Positions 61,038 to 64,000 of a DNA stretch of 64,000 nt are shown one piece after another. This DNA is from Thermoanaerobaculia bacterium (GTDB lineage Bacteria > Acidobacteriota > Thermoanaerobaculia > Gp7-AA8). A program made the position numbers and the translations under genes. The stretch spans positions 1,617 to 65,616 of the forward strand of contig DASPMO010000103.1 in the NCBI GenBank assembly GCA_035627015.1, given 5' to 3'. The notes beneath the pieces are model-generated. The model was not told the DNA's origin, ran no database searches, and saw only the letters and a list, made by a program, of their open reading frames with translations. How positions within the stretch are numbered: position 1 is the stretch's first letter; every line of letters begins with the position of its first letter.

Positions 61038-62242
61038 TTATCCCGCCGCCACCCGGGCCACGCTGAACACGTCCATCGGCATCGTGCGCTGGAGTTTCCA
61101 GACGATCGCCATCGGGCGTTCGCCTGTGTGGCTCTGGTACCGCGCCGGGCCGAGAAAGGTGAAGGCCGGCGTGCGGCCGTAGGCGTCTTTGTTGGACGAG
61201 CGGACGAGCAGCATGACGTTCGAGCCGCGCTCCGCGTGGTGGAGGTAGCGCTGGCCGGTGGGGCTCTTCTCCGGCGTCGTCGATTGCGACTCCCAGTGGA
61301 ACAGCTCGGGGGAGATGGCGTAGTCGCGGTAGCGGGTCGAGGGGGAGTAGTACTTTTCGCTCTTTTGCAGGGTGATGAAGAAATAGTCGGTGCGGGTCGG
61401 CTCGTGCCACAGCGGGCCTTCGCGGTGGCTGAACGGTTTTGCCAGCGTCGAGCGGCCGATGGCGGCGAGGACTTCGTCGCGGCTGTAGCGGGCGTGAATC
61501 TCGATCCACGGCAGCGGCTCCTGGGCGTCATTCAATCTGCGGTAATCGAGTGCGGCCACGACGGTCTTGCCCGTGCCCGTCGCCGCCACGACCAGGTTCC
61601 GCCAGCGGTGGTGGCGGTAACGCTCGACGGTGAGGCGCCGAGGTCGAGCAGCTGCTCGATGGCGCTCCGTTGGGTCGACCCCGTGTACGTCGTGGTGATG
61701 ACGCGCAGCCGGCCGCCGCGCTCGACGAGCGTGCGCAGCCGCGGCGCGACGAGCCGCAGGCCGCTCCAGCGGATGAACGCGATGATCAGGTCGACCCGGT
61801 CGGCGGACTCGATCTCCTTCTCCAGCACCGTACCGATGCGCGGCTCGTCCCGGGCGTTGACGAGGAGGTCGCTCTGGCTGAGCGGAATCGCGGGCGCCGC
61901 CGGGCGCCGGGACTTCAGGGCGTCGATCGGATAGACCGCCGCGAGCCGGTGCGGCGGCTCGGCGACGTAGTCCTCGACCGCCACTTCCTTCGGGAGCGAA
62001 GCCGCGATGGCCTGCAGGAGCTCGTTGGTGAGCTGCGTCTGCCGCGCCACGCGCTCCTCCTCAGGGAGCCCGCGGAGGGCGGTCCGGGCGATCGCGGCGA
62101 GGTGGCGTGCGAGGAGGAGATGCGAGTCCGCCGGTTCCAGCGGCTCCACGTCCGCGCGGCGGTGCGGCCCGAGCTGCGCGAGCTCCTGCTGGATCGCTTG
62201 CGTGACCAGCAGGTCATACAGCCCATCCGGCAGTTTCGTCAT
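61038..62242 (-). pseudogene. Decayed PLD-nuclease / SF2-helicase / DUF3427 gene (frameshift plus two internal deletions)
   Basis: ORF 61532..62242 encodes the PLD-like N-terminus (DRVDLIIAFIRWSGLRL...GGRLRVITTTYTGST). A different frame carries helicase motif I (NLVVAATGTGKTVVAALDYRRL), which is joined directly to a DUF3427-like C-terminus (IHARYSRDEVLAAIG...FHWESQSTT...). The rest of the helicase core is absent. Confidence 0.7.
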
Positions 62243-62263
62243 CAGTCGGGATCGCCGGCGATT

Positions 62264-62836
62264 CTACCTGGCCGCGTCCTCTTCCTCTTCCTCCTCCTCG
62301 ACGCTCCGCAGCAGTCCTCCGCGGATGAGCTGCTCGGTCACCTCGGGAGGGGCGGCTTCGAGCAGCGCGGCGACGGTCTGCGCGGCGCGTTCCTCGGTGC
62401 TCTCCCGTTGTGCGGCGATTTCGCGGCGGGTGCGCTCCAGGTCTTCGCGGCTGTACCCCATTCCCTCATACAGGAACTCGTTGACACGCCGGAGGTCGCG
62501 GATTGCATCCGGGCCGGGCTTTTGCCCGTGCGCGAGAGCGGTGGCGAGGGTCTGGACCGCGGTTCCCAGCAGCGCCATCGCCGCTTCCACCGCCTGGTGC
62601 CTTTCCTCGTCGGACACCTGCCGCCGCACCGTCGCCGTGACGGCGTCCAGCGTGAACGTCTCCAGATTCGGGAGGTGCACCAGCACCTTCCGGAGCGTCG
62701 CCAGGGTGATGTTCCCCCCCGCCTCCAGCGTCGCCAGTTGCCGGCGCTGGATCCCGGCCATCTCCGAGAGCCTTTTCTGACTCAACTTCAGGTCGATGCG
62801 GGCTTTCTTGACGGCTTCATGCAGTAGCATGAACAC
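62264..62836 (-). CDS. Helix-turn-helix (XRE-like) regulator with an acidic tail
   Basis: ARIDLKLSQKRLSEMAGIQRRQLATLEAGGNITLATLRKVL; the C-terminus is EEEEEEEDAAR. Confidence 0.7.
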   Translation of the reverse strand: MFMLLHEAVKKARIDLKLSQKRLSEMAGIQRRQLATLEAGGNITLATLRKVLVHLPNLETFTLDAVTATVRRQVSDEERHQAVEAAMALLGTAVQTLATALAHGQKPGPDAIRDLRRVNEFLYEGMGYSREDLERTRREIAAQRESTEERAAQTVAALLEAAPPEVTEQLIRGGLLRSVEEEEEEEDAAR

Positions 62837-62982
62837 ACTTTAGCACAGAAAAGCTATTAAATGATACCCTTCCGGTTGACTTCGCCAGCGTGCAGGCATA
62901 CTTTGATACTCACCTATGCGCTGGAATGGCACAGAAGTCCGTCGGAAAAAGAGCCTGGAGGGCTCCTCACGGCGCCTTTTTT

Positions 62983-63234
62983 GGCGCAAAAGTATTCGTC
63001 CGGGACTTAAAAGTCTTCGCCGAGGGTGTGAAAGTCTTTCCCAGCGCTGCGAAAGTCTTCTGCCGCGCTTCAAAAGTATTTTTCCGCGACTTAAAAGTCT
63101 TTTTGGGCGCTGTGAAAGTCGTTCCCGGCGCTGTGAAAGTCGTTTTCGACGCTGTGAAAGTCGTTTTCCGGGACTTAAAAGTCGTTCCCGGCGCTGCGAA
63201 AGTCTTTTTCGGCGCTGCGAAAGTATCTTTTCGC
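62983..63234. repeat. Tandem array of 12 x 21-bp units with core GAAAGTC / palindromic GACTTAAAAGTC
   Basis: The units read ggcgcaaaagtattcgtccgg / gacttaaaagtcttcgccgag / ggtgtgaaagtctttcccagc / gctgcgaaagtcttctgccgc / ... / gctgtgaaagtcgttttcgac / ... / gctgcgaaagtatcttttcgc. The period is exactly 21 bp throughout. Confidence 0.9.
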
Positions 63235-63361
63235 CACTTTCCTCCGAGATCGCCGGTCACCTGCGGGTGATGAGAGGCCGCGCCCCGCCCATGACGCGGG
63301 ATGCCCTGCCATCTCCCGTCCACCATACAAACAAGAAAAAGAAAAAGGAAAAGTGATTCAA

Positions 63362-63904
63362 ATGTTACCGACCAAAGCACTTACGGCGCCTTCGCCGCAC
63401 ACGGATGCGGCCAAGGCGCTCATCGACAAGATTCGCGCTCTGCGGGAGGAGATCCCGCGCTTCACGACGACCGGGATGGACGACGCCCGGCTGACGAACG
63501 GCGGCGTCCTGTTGCCGGAGAAGTTCATGGAGTCGGCGAGTGTCGCCGTCCAGAATTCGGTGCGCCTCGAGCAGGCCGGCGGGGCTGATGCGAACACGCT
63601 CCGCGACGCGTACGCCTATGCCATCGCGTTCGACCCGGTCGTGGAGGAGCTCCTCGCGCTGGCCAGGTTCGTGGCCCACTCGATCCGCGTGCAGCGGGGC
63701 GCCGCCGGCGTCTGCGCGCTCGACGTCTACTCTCTCGCCAAGCGCCTCGCGCGACGCGAGGGCGGCGCCGAGCTGCGGCCGTTCGTCGACGACATGCGCC
63801 GCAAACTGAAGAAGCCCGGAAGGCCGCGGAAGGCGAGCTCGGACCCCGTCAACCCCGCGACTGTTCCTCCCTCGGCACCGCCCGAGCAGAAGTCTAACCC
63901 GTAA
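63362..63904 (+). CDS. Hypothetical protein (180 aa) with a basic Pro-rich tail
   Basis: It is ORF 63353..63904. The ATG at 63362 lies 12 nt after AAGGA. No recognisable motif. Confidence 0.5.
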   Translation: MLPTKALTAPSPHTDAAKALIDKIRALREEIPRFTTTGMDDARLTNGGVLLPEKFMESASVAVQNSVRLEQAGGADANTLRDAYAYAIAFDPVVEELLALARFVAHSIRVQRGAAGVCALDVYSLAKRLARREGGAELRPFVDDMRRKLKKPGRPRKASSDPVNPATVPPSAPPEQKSNP

Positions 63905-63907
63905 CCC

Positions 63908-63937
63908 GAAGGGCGGCCGCAAGGCCGCCCTTCATTT
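63908..63937 (+). terminator. Rho-independent terminator; right copy of the duplicated hairpin seen after nrdJ
   Basis: gaagggcggcc-gcaa-ggccgcccttc followed by attt. Confidence 0.7.
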
Positions 63938-64000
63938 CCTCCGCCCGCTCATCTCCTTCCCGTCGATCCACGCCTTCACCGTGTCGCCGCCGAACGTCAC

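Noticed and set aside
62890-63380. The three ORFs running through the 21-bp array, considered as heptad-repeat proteins.
   Set aside because: All three frames stay open only because the 21-bp unit lacks stops. They have no RBS and odd N- and C-termini. I treat the array as non-coding but flagged the alternative in the finding.
63932-64000. A minus-strand partial ORF at the right edge (…VTFGGDTVKAWIDGKEMSGRRK*).
   Set aside because: Only 22 codons are visible, which is too short to support a call. It probably is the 3' end of the next core gene.

Overview
High-GC bacterial chromosome segment. GC was judged by eye and not computed. The gene content suggests Acidobacteriota: a CarboxypepD_reg-type TonB-dependent receptor, sulfatase-TPR, IPT/TIG proteins and very dense palindromic REP elements. 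This taxonomic call is inference only. Most of the window is core genome. It holds nrdR, lon, bioY, the minus-strand run rpiA-ggt-coaX-DUF1311-birA-valS, tsaD, lexA and a GGDEF / FHA / MCP / cheW signalling cluster. It also holds ADP-heptose LPS core genes, the type IV pilus genes pilB-pilT-pilC plus a PilS-like kinase, ruvB, nadB and a class II ribonucleotide reductase (nrdJ) with NrdR boxes. Two accessory patches stand out. (1) 5.6-7.9 kb is a compact three-gene cassette led by a standalone TIR-domain protein, followed by two proteins with no recognisable domains. This is my best candidate for an undescribed, Thoeris-like defence system. (2) 56.0-63.9 kb is a ~7.8 kb island bracketed by a duplicated terminator hairpin. 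It carries a DUF3883 nuclease-like gene and a vsr / PD-ExK endonuclease / C5-methyltransferase module that has its own ~35-bp direct repeats. It also carries a nucleotidyltransferase pair, a decayed PLD-helicase-DUF3427 gene, an XRE regulator and a 12 x 21-bp operator-like tandem array. A second array of ~14 x 22 bp lies upstream of the lexA-XRE operon. The non-coding DNA is unusually structured. A GTAGGGCGGGCTTCAGCCCGCC REP family has two copies inserted in frame inside glycosyltransferase genes. A distinct class of hairpins has arms built from tandem heptanucleotide repeats. No rRNA, tRNA, CRISPR array or transposase was seen.
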